In this document: positions 49,152 through 59,182 of the stretch, piece by piece
How the letters are laid out: each line of letters opens with the position of its first letter
Numbering within the stretch: the stretch's first letter is position 1
NCBI GenBank assembly: GCA_030753015.1
Contig: JASMDC010000018.1
Location: forward strand, 8,455-72,454
Direction: 5' to 3'
Length of the DNA: 64,000 nucleotides
DNA from: Candidatus Undinarchaeales archaeon
GTDB lineage: Archaea; SpSt-1190; JASMDC01
Program-made: the position numbers and the translations under genes
Notes under the pieces: generated by a model
Databases searched by the model: none
Told to the model about the DNA's origin: nothing
Seen by the model: only the letters and a program-made list of their open reading frames with translations

Positions 49152-50636
49152 TCAACGCTTCCCGAACATGAAACCCGCCAGGGCTATGAAAGGCAAGATC
49201 TCGAGACGGCCGACGAGCATCTCGAAGATGAGGACCACCTTACCGATGGGCTCGAGCTGCGGGCCACTGATGCCCACCGACAGCCCCACGTTCCCCTGTG
49301 CCGAGGCGACCTCGAAGAAGGAGTCTGTGCCGTTGTAGCCCAGGCTCATAAAGGCGAGAGCGCCACCGAAGAGGAACACGAGGTAGAGGAAGGCGTAGAG
49401 CGAGGCGGACATGATCTCCCCCTCCTCGAACACCTTGTCCCCGACCCGGAAGGGAAGGATCGCCCTGGACGGGAGGAAGAGCTTGCGGACGATCCAGATG
49501 ACCGCCTTGAAGATGATTACGAACCGGATGAGTTTGATGGCCGATGAGGTCGAGCCGTACCCGCCCCCGATGACCATGAGGATGGTCAGGATCCATTTCG
49601 AGAAGTCCGTCCAACTGGACAGGTCCGCGGTAGCAAAGCCCGTCCCGCTGACCGCTGATGCTGTCTGGAACAGGGCCTGGCGACCACGGACGGTGACCTC
49701 CGCGTTCAGCTCCGGCGAATCGTTGGCGTAGAGCACGAGGAAATGGTGCCCGGCGATGGCAAGGGTACTGAGGAGGATTACGCCCAGCAGAGCCCTTACT
49801 TCCACGTTACCGAACAGGAAGCGCCAGTTGCGCTCGAACAGCTTCTTGTGGACCACGAAGGAGATGGCGCCGGCAAGCATGAGGGGGATGACCACCATCT
49901 CGGCGTTCAGGTTGTCGTAGTGCCCTAAGGATTTGTTCTTCACTGAGAACCCGCCGGTGGCGATACCGGTCATGGAATGGTTCACAGCGTCCCATGCGGG
50001 CATACCTGCTACCATGAGGCCGATGGCCCCCGCGGCCGTGTAGAACAGGTAGATCCACCAGATGATGCGGGCGGTCTCGGTGATGGAGGGGACGATCCTA
50101 TCGGTCCGACCTTCTGCGGTGTAGAGCTGGGCCGCGGCAGAGCCCGGTGTCAGCAGGACAGCGAGGAACAGCACGATCACCCCCACCCCGCCGAACCACT
50201 CGGTGGCCGATCGAAAGAACAGGATGGCCCGGGGCGCGCTCTCCACGTCGGGGATCATCGTAAGACCCGTTGCCGTGTACCCGGATACGCTCTCGAAGTA
50301 GGCGTCCACGTAGGCCGCGGCTCCTGGATGGAGCTCCGGCGTCTCGAACTGGAAGAACTGGATGAAGGGGAAGATCCCTACGGCGGGGATGATGAGCCAT
50401 GCCAGTGCCGAGGCCACCATCGCCTCACCGCGGGAGATGTTCTCGGGAGAGAACCGGTCGCGGAGGAGGGTGCCCAGCACGAACACGATGACGGCCGGAA
50501 CGAGGAACGACTGGATGTAGTCATACTCACCGAAGAGGAGGCAGATGATCACTGGCGAGGCCGTCATGACGGCCGTGATATGAAAGACGACCCCGAGATA
50601 GCCGAGGATGTTGGAAATGCGCGAGCCGGAGAACAT
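49152..50636 (-). CDS. trkH: Trk K+ uptake membrane protein
   Basis: FESVSGYTATG, ATGGF, SGTGF and SAQGNVGLS pore loops. Confidence 0.95.
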   Translation of the reverse strand: MFSGSRISNILGYLGVVFHITAVMTASPVIICLLFGEYDYIQSFLVPAVIVFVLGTLLRDRFSPENISRGEAMVASALAWLIIPAVGIFPFIQFFQFETPELHPGAAAYVDAYFESVSGYTATGLTMIPDVESAPRAILFFRSATEWFGGVGVIVLFLAVLLTPGSAAAQLYTAEGRTDRIVPSITETARIIWWIYLFYTAAGAIGLMVAGMPAWDAVNHSMTGIATGGFSVKNKSLGHYDNLNAEMVVIPLMLAGAISFVVHKKLFERNWRFLFGNVEVRALLGVILLSTLAIAGHHFLVLYANDSPELNAEVTVRGRQALFQTASAVSGTGFATADLSSWTDFSKWILTILMVIGGGYGSTSSAIKLIRFVIIFKAVIWIVRKLFLPSRAILPFRVGDKVFEEGEIMSASLYAFLYLVFLFGGALAFMSLGYNGTDSFFEVASAQGNVGLSVGISGPQLEPIGKVVLIFEMLVGRLEILPFIALAGFMFGKR

Positions 50637-50637
50637 C

Positions 50638-51297
50638 TCACTCGGTCCCCGTAAGCTTGGCTTTCACCTGCTTCTGGACCTCGAGGGACGCGAACACCGT
50701 CACTTTATCGCCGAGCTTGAGGAGGGTGTCCGCCTTGGGGATGATTAGCTCCTCGTCACGATAGATCGCTACGATGAGGCTCTCCTCTGGGAACTCGATC
50801 TCCTTGAGCTTCATACCGGCGATCTTCGACTCGGGTGGGACTACCACCTCGAACATCTCTGCCCTACCCCCGCCCAGGAAGTAGAGCGTGGAGATGTCGG
50901 GCCGCTTGACCACATCGGCGAGATAACGGGCCGTAGCGATGTCGGGGCTGATAGCCGTCGTCACCCCGGCCTTCTCGAAGATGCTGATGTGCTTGGGATC
51001 GTTCACCACGGAAACGATGCTCTTGACACCACGGTCCTTGGCGAGCATGGATGACATCAGGTTCAGCGAATCGTCGCGGGTCACGGACACAAGGACGTCG
51101 GCCCGGTCGACACCGGCCTCTCGAAGGATGTCAGCGTCGTCACCGTCGCCGTTGACGACAAGAGCATCGGTAGTCTTGGCGAGCTTGTCGCACAAGGCCT
51201 TGTCCCGTTCGAGGATAACCACGTTGACCCCATCATGAACGAGTAGCTTTGTGAGGTGTTCACCTATACCCTCTCCTCCGACGACAATAACATACAT
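50638..51297 (-). CDS. trkA: Trk K+ uptake NAD-binding subunit
   Basis: RCK_N VVGGEGIG followed by an RCK_C domain. Confidence 0.93.
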   Translation of the reverse strand: MYVIVVGGEGIGEHLTKLLVHDGVNVVILERDKALCDKLAKTTDALVVNGDGDDADILREAGVDRADVLVSVTRDDSLNLMSSMLAKDRGVKSIVSVVNDPKHISIFEKAGVTTAISPDIATARYLADVVKRPDISTLYFLGGGRAEMFEVVVPPESKIAGMKLKEIEFPEESLIVAIYRDEELIIPKADTLLKLGDKVTVFASLEVQKQVKAKLTGTE

Positions 51298-51326
51298 GGT
51301 CAGAACACCGTTCGATGGGGAGATAG

Positions 51327-51433
51327 TGGGCCCGCGGGGATTTGAACCCCGGACCTCCCGGTTATCAGCCTCGCCTCGCCCGGGGGAACACCCCGTACGA
51401 TCGGACGCTCTAACCTAGCTGAGCCACGGGCCC
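51327..51433 (-). tRNA. tRNA-Ile(GAT) with 32-nt intron (51370-51401) at position 30/31; CCA not encoded
   Basis: GGGCCCG acceptor stem, CT-GAT-AA loop, GGTTCAAATCC T-arm, complete bulge-helix-bulge; TATA about 25 nt upstream. Confidence 0.93.
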
Positions 51434-51486
51434 GTTCCCCAAACGGGGTGTGCACCTTTAAAAAGTTATCCTGACGGGCCGCGTCC

Positions 51487-53817
51487 CTACCGGTGACCGT
51501 ACCCAGGGTACTGGGCGTACGAGCCGTAATAGGACCCATAATTGGCGTAGGCCCCCACCTGGGGCTGCGCTGCCGCTCTGGCATACACCGTGCCCCCGGC
51601 CCCCGGAACCCATTCGCGCCGACGCGCCTCACGCATAGCGATGGCGAAGGCAGCAGCTGCAAAGGCCACCTCGAGGAACTGCATGAACATCTCCATCCGG
51701 CTGCGCGAGCTGCCCTCGTCCCCCTCGGAGAGCTTCTCGGCCAGGTCGGCTTCAGCAGTGGAGAGCCTCCGCAGGGCATCGGCATAGGCGCCGCCGTCCA
51801 TGTCCGCGCGCGCCTCGGTCACAAGGGCGTCCACCTCGGCGGTATCTAACCCTTTCCCATCGGCCCTCCCCATGAGACGCTCCACCTTGGACAAGGCTTC
51901 CTCCACGTCGCCCCGGTCCACGATCGTCCCGACATCCGGTGTGGGCGAGGGGGCGGACGTGGCCGTGGGGACCGCCGTAGGTGCCGTCGCGTTCCCCTTT
52001 ACTTTGAGTTGGAGCGATCTGTCATTAGTGGTGTAGGAGCCGAGAATACGGATCACTGGATCGTCTCCCCGCGTGAACACGGCCTCCACTGTATAGAGCT
52101 CCTCCAAGGTTGTGCTCTCCACTGTGATGCCCCCATCGATACGATAACCAAGGGCATTGAGCCGGTCACGTTCCTCGACGAACGCCGAATGTCTCCTCAC
52201 CTCTGCCTCCAGCTGAGGTGTCGGCGTACCGGGGGGGACGGGCGTAGGTGTCGGGATCGGAGTGGGTGCTGGCGTCGGGGATGGAGTCGCAGCTGGCGAT
52301 ATCTCTGGGGACACGGTGGGTGTCGTGGTCGTCGACGGGGATGGCGTGGTCTTCGTTGGGGGCGAGATGAGCATCTCGAACAAGAGCTCCTGGGAGAGGA
52401 CAGAGTGGAAGCATAGCTCCTTGAGCCGTTTCTGCTTGTTGATACATTCTGCGTATATCTTCTGTACCTCCGGGGGGGTGTTGAAGAGTGGTTGTGGAGG
52501 GCATAGGATAGCGCTCTTCACGACGCTCATACATGGCTTTTGGACGGAGGGGACAGTGCATGTGAACGAGAACGGCATCTGGGCGACGAGGTCCTCTGTA
52601 GCCTCGGGGAGGTTGAAATGAAATGAGAAGGGGATGTCGCCTTTGATAGCTTTCAGGGTTACCGCGTACTTAGAGGAGTTCGTGCACGTCTCACTGTTAC
52701 AATTCACATATCCCTGGGGATTCATGTGAGATATGGGCGGCGGTCTGTAAGTGAGCTCGCACTCCAGGGTACCGTCGGCGTCCTCGATCGCGTTGAACAC
52801 CATCTCCTGTTCGGTCTCGTCCCCCGTTACGGACAGTGTGCCGTTCACCAGGGTCTGCCCCGCACACCCCGGGCAGGTGACGCCCTTGTCCTGAATGCAG
52901 TCGCGACGCCCGAGCATGACGGTGAGCGGTCGTGTCTCCTTTCTGAAGCACTCGTTCTTACATGCCTGGCCCAGGCACATGCGGCACTCCTCGTTCTCGC
53001 CGAAGATGCAGTCCTGGCACGCCTCTTCCTCCGGTATGAACACCGAGCCTCTTCTATTGCATCCGAACTCCCATGGGTCGCATTCCTTGTTGCACGGCTT
53101 CTCGCACGGAGCACACTGTGCCAGGCAGCGGAGAAAGCACTTTTTACACGGTATCTCGGGCGTGAAGTACTCGCGATAGAGTTCGAACACGGACACGGAG
53201 GCCTCTATGGACGTCGTGTCACGCTCGAAGGCGGCCAGCACATCCTTCGGACCTTCAGGGGTGATGAGGACTGAGAACGTGTCCTTCCCATCTGTGATGT
53301 CCGTGAGCAGACCCGTGGGGATGGAGTAGAAGGTATAGTCGAGCGTGAACGTTCCCGTAGCACCTGTGCAAACCGGGATGGTCATCTCGGAAATGAATCC
53401 AGGGTGGTTATCGGAGCCCTCGGGTACGAGCAGGAATAGCTCTCCCGTGCGAGGTGAGTCCGGGGCCGGCTTCAGTACGATACGCTCTCCCGGGACCGGA
53501 TCGGGAATGATGACAGGTTTCTCCCCTATGGTGACCTCCTTCTCGCCATGGAGGAGTGTGATCACTTCAGTGGCGTCGAGGTAGACCGCGTCCAAGGTGT
53601 AATCCTCTGGAACATCGATGATGAAACCGTCGGACGCAAGGTTGGCTATGTCAACATCGATAAGTTCCTCCCAGGGGTCCTCGGGTACGAACTTGATCTT
53701 GAAGCTATCATCATCATCAAGGGCGGGCGCATCATCGAACGCTGTGCAGAGAAGCAGCAAGCAGATACCGACCAATAGTGCCCGGGCTGCTTTCACACTG
53801 CTACAGGTGGACCTCAC
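51487..53817 (-). CDS. secreted Cys-rich surface protein with P/T linkers, TM and Tyr-rich tail
   Basis: Signal peptide; CxxC/CxxxC-rich block; TPSPTP linkers; C-terminal YANYGSYYGSYAQY. Confidence 0.8.
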   Translation of the reverse strand: MRSTCSSVKAARALLVGICLLLLCTAFDDAPALDDDDSFKIKFVPEDPWEELIDVDIANLASDGFIIDVPEDYTLDAVYLDATEVITLLHGEKEVTIGEKPVIIPDPVPGERIVLKPAPDSPRTGELFLLVPEGSDNHPGFISEMTIPVCTGATGTFTLDYTFYSIPTGLLTDITDGKDTFSVLITPEGPKDVLAAFERDTTSIEASVSVFELYREYFTPEIPCKKCFLRCLAQCAPCEKPCNKECDPWEFGCNRRGSVFIPEEEACQDCIFGENEECRMCLGQACKNECFRKETRPLTVMLGRRDCIQDKGVTCPGCAGQTLVNGTLSVTGDETEQEMVFNAIEDADGTLECELTYRPPPISHMNPQGYVNCNSETCTNSSKYAVTLKAIKGDIPFSFHFNLPEATEDLVAQMPFSFTCTVPSVQKPCMSVVKSAILCPPQPLFNTPPEVQKIYAECINKQKRLKELCFHSVLSQELLFEMLISPPTKTTPSPSTTTTPTVSPEISPAATPSPTPAPTPIPTPTPVPPGTPTPQLEAEVRRHSAFVEERDRLNALGYRIDGGITVESTTLEELYTVEAVFTRGDDPVIRILGSYTTNDRSLQLKVKGNATAPTAVPTATSAPSPTPDVGTIVDRGDVEEALSKVERLMGRADGKGLDTAEVDALVTEARADMDGGAYADALRRLSTAEADLAEKLSEGDEGSSRSRMEMFMQFLEVAFAAAAFAIAMREARRREWVPGAGGTVYARAAAQPQVGAYANYGSYYGSYAQYPGYGHR

Positions 53818-53864
53818 GGAATAAATAACTACCCCAGATTAATGGGAAGGGCGAGAGGGCGTGT

Positions 53865-54530
53865 TCAGAACACGCCCTCGGCAGCCTCTTCGCCGGTGAG
53901 CTCGGACTCTTCCCCGGCCTTGTCCACCTGGAACTTGTAGTAGTTGGCGGGAGTCGCGCGGTCGTCCTTGAACTTGACCGCGAGATAGGCCTCGTTGATC
54001 TCCACGGCGAAGGCCTTGCACAGATCCTCATCGGGCTTGGTCTCGATACGGATCTCCTGGCCAGCGTCGAGGTCTATGTCCTCGAGCTCCTTCTCTTCGG
54101 ACCAGAGAATGACCTCGCCGACCTTGGCGCCGAACACGATCGTGATGTCCTTGGCCTTGGCGCGGCCGGTGTTGTTGAGCACGAACTTGCCCTCGATGGC
54201 GTGGTCCTTGCATTCGTACTCGTCCCCGATCTTCCTGCCGTTCTCGATGTCCTTGGTCGCGGACCGGGTCACCTTGAGCACAGCGGACTGGTAGCTCTCC
54301 AGCTTCTCCGCCGCATCCTCGTACTTCGCCTTATAGTCATCATGGTCAGCTTCCAGCTTGTCCTTATCTTTGCGAAGGGTAGCGACCTCCTTCGTGAGGT
54401 CGTCCTTGGACTTGGTCAGGGTTTCCTTTTCCTTTTCTAGGCTCTCGACCTTGGCCTCGAGCTCGCTGGTGTCAACGCAGCCGGCCACGAGGACCAGGGC
54501 GATCAGGATTGCGACGGTTTTGTACTTCAT
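53865..54530 (-). CDS. lipoprotein with coiled coil and beta domain
   Basis: LVAGC lipobox; heptad segment. Confidence 0.8.
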   Translation of the reverse strand: MKYKTVAILIALVLVAGCVDTSELEAKVESLEKEKETLTKSKDDLTKEVATLRKDKDKLEADHDDYKAKYEDAAEKLESYQSAVLKVTRSATKDIENGRKIGDEYECKDHAIEGKFVLNNTGRAKAKDITIVFGAKVGEVILWSEEKELEDIDLDAGQEIRIETKPDEDLCKAFAVEINEAYLAVKFKDDRATPANYYKFQVDKAGEESELTGEEAAEGVF

Positions 54531-54600
54531 AGCTCTTCCCGATGCCGTCGGTAGCGGACATCATTTAAATTGTTACTTTCAAAACACAGGGCCGAGAGGG

Positions 54601-54665
54601 ATGATATCTGTCATTATCCCCGTCCGGAACGGCGGGGCGACACTTCGCGCTGGTATCGAGCCTCA
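54601..54665 (+). pseudogene. N-terminal remnant of a GT2 glycosyltransferase
   Basis: MISVIIPVRNGGATLRAGIE after GAGAGGG; similarity then stops and the frame runs antisense into the neighbouring gene. Confidence 0.6.
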
Positions 54666-54735
54666 TGTTCTAACCAAGAGAGCGCCCACGTGCCGCGGCC
54701 AGCGTGCTCCTCGATCTTATGGGCGGACGATAGAC

Positions 54736-56361
54736 TCAGATGCACCGCCGCACGTCCAGCGGACCCAGGGCCACCTGCCAGTGAATGAGCAGGAGGTAGA
54801 GGAGGACGATCCACACAATCAGGTCGCGCGGCCGTCCACGAACGAGACTGCGCAGCCCTGTGCCGGCGGCCATGGCCATGAACGGGTAGGCGTAGAGCAG
54901 GTGCCGGTCCTGGTCGCAGAATGTGATGGTCACGCGGTTCGCGGCCAGGAACATGAAGAACACCGCGAAGCACGCTGCCAGTGCGAGCGCTGACCGCCGG
55001 TCCCGCTGCCATAGTGCGACGAATCCTCTCATGGCGAGCACAGGCAGGAGGATAGAGTGGTGCCACAATCCCAGCCAGAAGGCCGCAAGCCAGCCTGTGT
55101 TGCGTACGAGGTACGCGGTGTCCTGAGCGTAGGGTGCGCCGAACGTGTCGAAGGAGCGGCCCACCTTGAGCCACATCGGGATCACGCAGAGCACGAGGAA
55201 GAGGACGGCGCACGGGGCCACACGACGCGGGGAGGCGCCCCATGCCATCAGGGCCGCCACCGCCACGGGGACGAGCAGGATGTTGATGGCCACGGTGTAC
55301 ACGGCCAGAGCGAGTGACACGGCGACCAGGCAGCGGCTCAGGTCCGTTCTTCGTCTGAGGTGGACCACACCAGCCCACACGGCCACCGCGGCAAAGGCGG
55401 TGGACGCGATGTCCCGTTGGATCGTCATGGCGTACTTCAGGAATAGGGGCGTGGCCGCCAGGAGCACTGCGGCACAGAGACCGGCATCGGGATCGCGGAC
55501 CAGGGCCGCTGTCGCACCGTACACTGCTGCAAGGGTCGCCAGGGAGAGACACAGGCCCATGACCATGCCCGACGCCTCCATCGCGACGGGCGAGCCTATA
55601 CCGTTGATCGCGAACCAGATGCTCCCTATGGCGTAGTAGCCTGTCTCGTACACGAGCGCCACGGGCTCACCCGCCAAGAGGCCTTCGATGATCCCGAGGT
55701 GCTGGTTCGCGTTCAGGAGCTGAGTACCCAGGTAGTGGTCCGACGCGGCATGGGCAGCGGTGGCGAACACCGCGAGCAAGAGCAGGAGCACGAGGTGATG
55801 GCGGTGCTCGCCCCTCGTCTCGGCCAGCAGATCATGGCGTGCGGCGATAAGAAGGACTGGGAACACCAGGAGCAGAAGGGCGATGATGGCGCCCTCGAGT
55901 CGGGAGAGGGTGCTCGGCTCCACCTGGCCTAGATGGTCCATGGTGGAGGGAGGCCCGGGCTCGGCCCTGACCACTCCGCCCATGCGCCATGGTTCCAGGT
56001 CCATTGTACCGTCCGGAAGGGACGGGGGCAGCCGTACGGATGCCTCGCCCACGATTGCACCGCCCTGGTCGAGTACAGTGAGGATGAAGCCCTGATCCGC
56101 CAGGACGGGATCGGGGGGAGTGAGCTGGACCGTGTCCCCGGGTCTCCCTGGGATGGCAGCGAGCCCACGTTCCAGAAACTCGTTGTCCTTTACTCTGATG
56201 CGGTAGGTGAGGCCCGATAGTGGCGGGATGGGTCGCAGCTCGAGCGTCCTGAGGGCACCCTCTCTGCACACACCCCGTAGGTCGGCCACCGTCACGTCAG
56301 CGAACACGGGGACACCCCCGGACGTGGTAGCGTAGAACTGGTCGAAGGCGACTATCCCCAC
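54736..56361 (-). CDS. GT-C-like (PMT/ArnT-type) membrane protein with N-terminal extracellular domain
   Basis: About 11 TMs; AAVLLAATPLF and DRHLL segments; true start unclear. Confidence 0.6.
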   Translation of the reverse strand: MGIVAFDQFYATTSGGVPVFADVTVADLRGVCREGALRTLELRPIPPLSGLTYRIRVKDNEFLERGLAAIPGRPGDTVQLTPPDPVLADQGFILTVLDQGGAIVGEASVRLPPSLPDGTMDLEPWRMGGVVRAEPGPPSTMDHLGQVEPSTLSRLEGAIIALLLLVFPVLLIAARHDLLAETRGEHRHHLVLLLLLAVFATAAHAASDHYLGTQLLNANQHLGIIEGLLAGEPVALVYETGYYAIGSIWFAINGIGSPVAMEASGMVMGLCLSLATLAAVYGATAALVRDPDAGLCAAVLLAATPLFLKYAMTIQRDIASTAFAAVAVWAGVVHLRRRTDLSRCLVAVSLALAVYTVAINILLVPVAVAALMAWGASPRRVAPCAVLFLVLCVIPMWLKVGRSFDTFGAPYAQDTAYLVRNTGWLAAFWLGLWHHSILLPVLAMRGFVALWQRDRRSALALAACFAVFFMFLAANRVTITFCDQDRHLLYAYPFMAMAAGTGLRSLVRGRPRDLIVWIVLLYLLLIHWQVALGPLDVRRCI

Positions 56362-56407
56362 GATGAGGAGGAGCAGGGCCGCCGCATTGCGTCCCCGGAC
56401 CGTGTCA

Positions 56408-58462
56408 TCATCGGTCCCCGTGGTCCTTCACCTCCGAGGCCTGCTGCACATCGCTCTCGAGCTCTCGCTGCAAACGTCCAAAGGCCCGATCGTCGATAAG
56501 ACCTTTCTGTCGGCTCCGCTCGAGCGCAGCAAGACCTGCCGCGCGTGCCTGCCCCCTGGCTTCGTGTACATCGCGTGACGTCGGTTCCTTCTTTCTGGGG
56601 GCCTTGTGGGTGCGGGTGATCAGGAAGAGCAGTGCCGCAACAACCCCTACGACGGCAAGGCCCCGGCCCTGGTCACGGCTGGAGCCCATCCCCATCTCAG
56701 GGAGACGCGTGCGGTTCCCGAACCTCTGCTCGAGACGGCCCCAGGCACGCCGGTGGAAGTCGGGTGGTAGGGTGGGCTCCGGGGGGAGAAGGTCTGCGGG
56801 ATACGTGCTATTTGTCATCGCCGTCCGTGGGAGTACGATGAAGGCCCTGGCCGTCCGTGCATGAAGGAAGGTGTCGGCTGGAGCGGAACTGTCCCGGGAA
56901 GCCTGGAGCATCGCGCGTGCCCAATAGACCGTTGGGTCGTCCGTTCCCAGACCGTCAAGCGTCTCGACCAGAAGCGACACCTCACGCAGGGCGATGGTGC
57001 TGTTCGCGATCCCTGCCTCGATCCGAGCGAGACCCAGGGACGCGTCGACCAGTGCTGCCAGGTGGAGCCCCTGCTCGGTGAGCAGCGGGGAGGACAGCAG
57101 ATGTGCTTCCGCTCCGTAAATGTCGGTCCCGAGAGCGTGGCCTAGGGCGACGTGGGACACGAGCAGCCCCTGCAGCTGTCGTGCCCGCTCGACCAGCCGC
57201 TCCTGCTCGAGTGGCAGGATGTCGCCCGTGGCCCGGTCAACTGCGATCCGTGCCAGGTCCGTGACCACTATCGACCAAGCATGGACGCCCGCTGTTGCGT
57301 ACGCGACGTCCAACGGATCGTCGCCCGCAGCGCGCAGATGGGCCCGTGCCCACGCGATGCGCAACTGTGCGGCGAGCACCCACTCCAGGGCGCCCGTGTC
57401 CGCGAGCAGGTGGTGGGGGACCGTTCCATTGGCACGGAGTATATCTGCCTCGGCCCGCTCGCGCCAGGACAGCACCAGGCCCTCGGGATCGGCCGTCGCT
57501 GCGTAGGCGGCGAGCATGCTCAGCAGCTCCACATCGACGAGTGCCTGGAAGGCGTCGTTGGCACCGAGGTAAGTCGCGTTCATGGCGACCTTGTTCCGGG
57601 CCTGGTCGACCATGTCCCGGCCCGACTTGATCCGTGGCCCCGTCGGCTCGTCGCCGAGCTGCGCGGGTACGAGCCCGGCCACCTCGTCCGCACGGACGCT
57701 GGCGACATCGATGAGGTGGAACGCCATGTCCTGCAGGGGGTCTGCCGATACGAGGGAGAGGTCGGGGGGCACCGGTCGCACGGTACGTTCCGGTCCACGC
57801 GTACCGTTGAGGTAGGCAAGAGCTGTGACAAGGTCGGTCACCTCGACCATGGCCAAGCCCCACTGATCGGCCGCATGTGCGGCGAGGTCGACGACCACGG
57901 ATGCATCCCCTGCACCGGTAGGGACCGTCACCCGCTCATGTCCCTGGTCCGGGGGGATTAGAAGAGCGCGGCCGTCGGCGAGGGCCACGGCCCGTGCCTT
58001 CGCGAGGATCCCGCCAGCAGGCCGCACGGAACCATCGCGTCCTATCCCGCCAGTGACGTGCACGCCTTGCATGGGCTCCCATCCCTGGACGGCGGCAGCC
58101 ACCCCTACCGCCATGGCGAGCCCTGCGCTCGGCCCGGCAACGAGGGGCCCTCGCGGATCGAAGGATATAATGACATCCAGTGCGTCCGGGTCCAGCCCGG
58201 GAAGTATCCGGAGCGCCGCGACAGCGTCCTCGGCAGCATCGAGGGTCGTGTTATTAGGTGGATCGATGCCCTCGATGGACACCAGGCCCGTGCCCGGGGC
58301 CGCTGTGACCTGCATCCGTACGAGCACGCCCGCACCATCGTCGCCCACGGCGGGCACGTCCAGCACCACTTCGGCGGCCGATATCGGAGTGGCTAGAAGT
58401 AAGAGGAGGAGGAGCGCGGGTGCCGCACGGAAAGCGGGAGCACCCATGACCGAGAGGTCCAT
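56408..58462 (-). CDS. second archaeal Lon-like S16 serine protease (COG1750-like)
   Basis: Signal peptide, GPSAG, GGILAKARA, helical domain, TM near C-terminus. Confidence 0.85.
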   Translation of the reverse strand: MDLSVMGAPAFRAAPALLLLLLLATPISAAEVVLDVPAVGDDGAGVLVRMQVTAAPGTGLVSIEGIDPPNNTTLDAAEDAVAALRILPGLDPDALDVIISFDPRGPLVAGPSAGLAMAVGVAAAVQGWEPMQGVHVTGGIGRDGSVRPAGGILAKARAVALADGRALLIPPDQGHERVTVPTGAGDASVVVDLAAHAADQWGLAMVEVTDLVTALAYLNGTRGPERTVRPVPPDLSLVSADPLQDMAFHLIDVASVRADEVAGLVPAQLGDEPTGPRIKSGRDMVDQARNKVAMNATYLGANDAFQALVDVELLSMLAAYAATADPEGLVLSWRERAEADILRANGTVPHHLLADTGALEWVLAAQLRIAWARAHLRAAGDDPLDVAYATAGVHAWSIVVTDLARIAVDRATGDILPLEQERLVERARQLQGLLVSHVALGHALGTDIYGAEAHLLSSPLLTEQGLHLAALVDASLGLARIEAGIANSTIALREVSLLVETLDGLGTDDPTVYWARAMLQASRDSSAPADTFLHARTARAFIVLPRTAMTNSTYPADLLPPEPTLPPDFHRRAWGRLEQRFGNRTRLPEMGMGSSRDQGRGLAVVGVVAALLFLITRTHKAPRKKEPTSRDVHEARGQARAAGLAALERSRQKGLIDDRAFGRLQRELESDVQQASEVKDHGDR

Positions 58463-58500
58463 CCATCCTTTTATATCCTTTATCGTGCCTCGTTCCCCCG

Positions 58501-58851
58501 ATGCCTTTCGATGTGGAGCGGTTACGGGGGCGCGCAAAGGACGACTTCGAGGGCACCCGTCTCCTGGGCCCCGACGCCCACAACCGCCTCGTCGTACGTG
58601 ATGGCAGCATACGCGCAGTGCCCGAATGGGATGACACCGCTGACGCCGTGACCGCCCTGGCCGCAGTCCGGGCCGAAAGGGATTTGAAGGATGAGGGGGA
58701 GGTCATGGTTCAGGTGCGGATGGTCAAGAGCGCGTCCGACGTGAACGTGACCCTCGATCCGCGGGCCTGCGAGTTCATACGTGGGAAAGAAGCGCCGCAT
58801 CGACGTTCGTGGTCCAGTGTTCGTGTGCGTGCACGCACGCAGGACCGATAA
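58501..58851 (+). CDS. hypothetical protein
   Basis: Divergent from the protease across a TATA-like ttttatat; ends 6 nt before the next gene. Confidence 0.5.
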   Translation: MPFDVERLRGRAKDDFEGTRLLGPDAHNRLVVRDGSIRAVPEWDDTADAVTALAAVRAERDLKDEGEVMVQVRMVKSASDVNVTLDPRACEFIRGKEAPHRRSWSSVRVRARTQDR

Positions 58852-58857
58852 GGAGGT

Positions 58858-59130
58858 ATGAGTGTGAATACGGGCAACATCCTTTTCTGGTTCATCGGCT
58901 CAGCGTGCATCCTGGCGTCGTTCGTCGTGCTGACCGGTGTCATGAACAACATAGAGTCGGGGGCCCTCTCCCCCGAGTCTGCGGACATGTGGGGTGCTGT
59001 GATGCTGTCGCTCGCTCTGGTGATGCTGGGCGGATGGATGTGGATCGGCTGTGCTGTGGGGATCGTGGAGGATGGTGGCGATGACTGGGACGAGATGGAC
59101 GACGACACACCCGGCGGACCTGTAGATTAG
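58858..59130 (+). CDS. small 2-TM membrane protein
   Basis: AGGAGGT RBS; two hydrophobic helices; acidic tail. Confidence 0.7.
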   Translation: MSVNTGNILFWFIGSACILASFVVLTGVMNNIESGALSPESADMWGAVMLSLALVMLGGWMWIGCAVGIVEDGGDDWDEMDDDTPGGPVD

Positions 59131-59182
59131 ATTTCCGGCACCCACGGGAGCGCTTATATTGTTTAGTCCACTTGCATGATCC

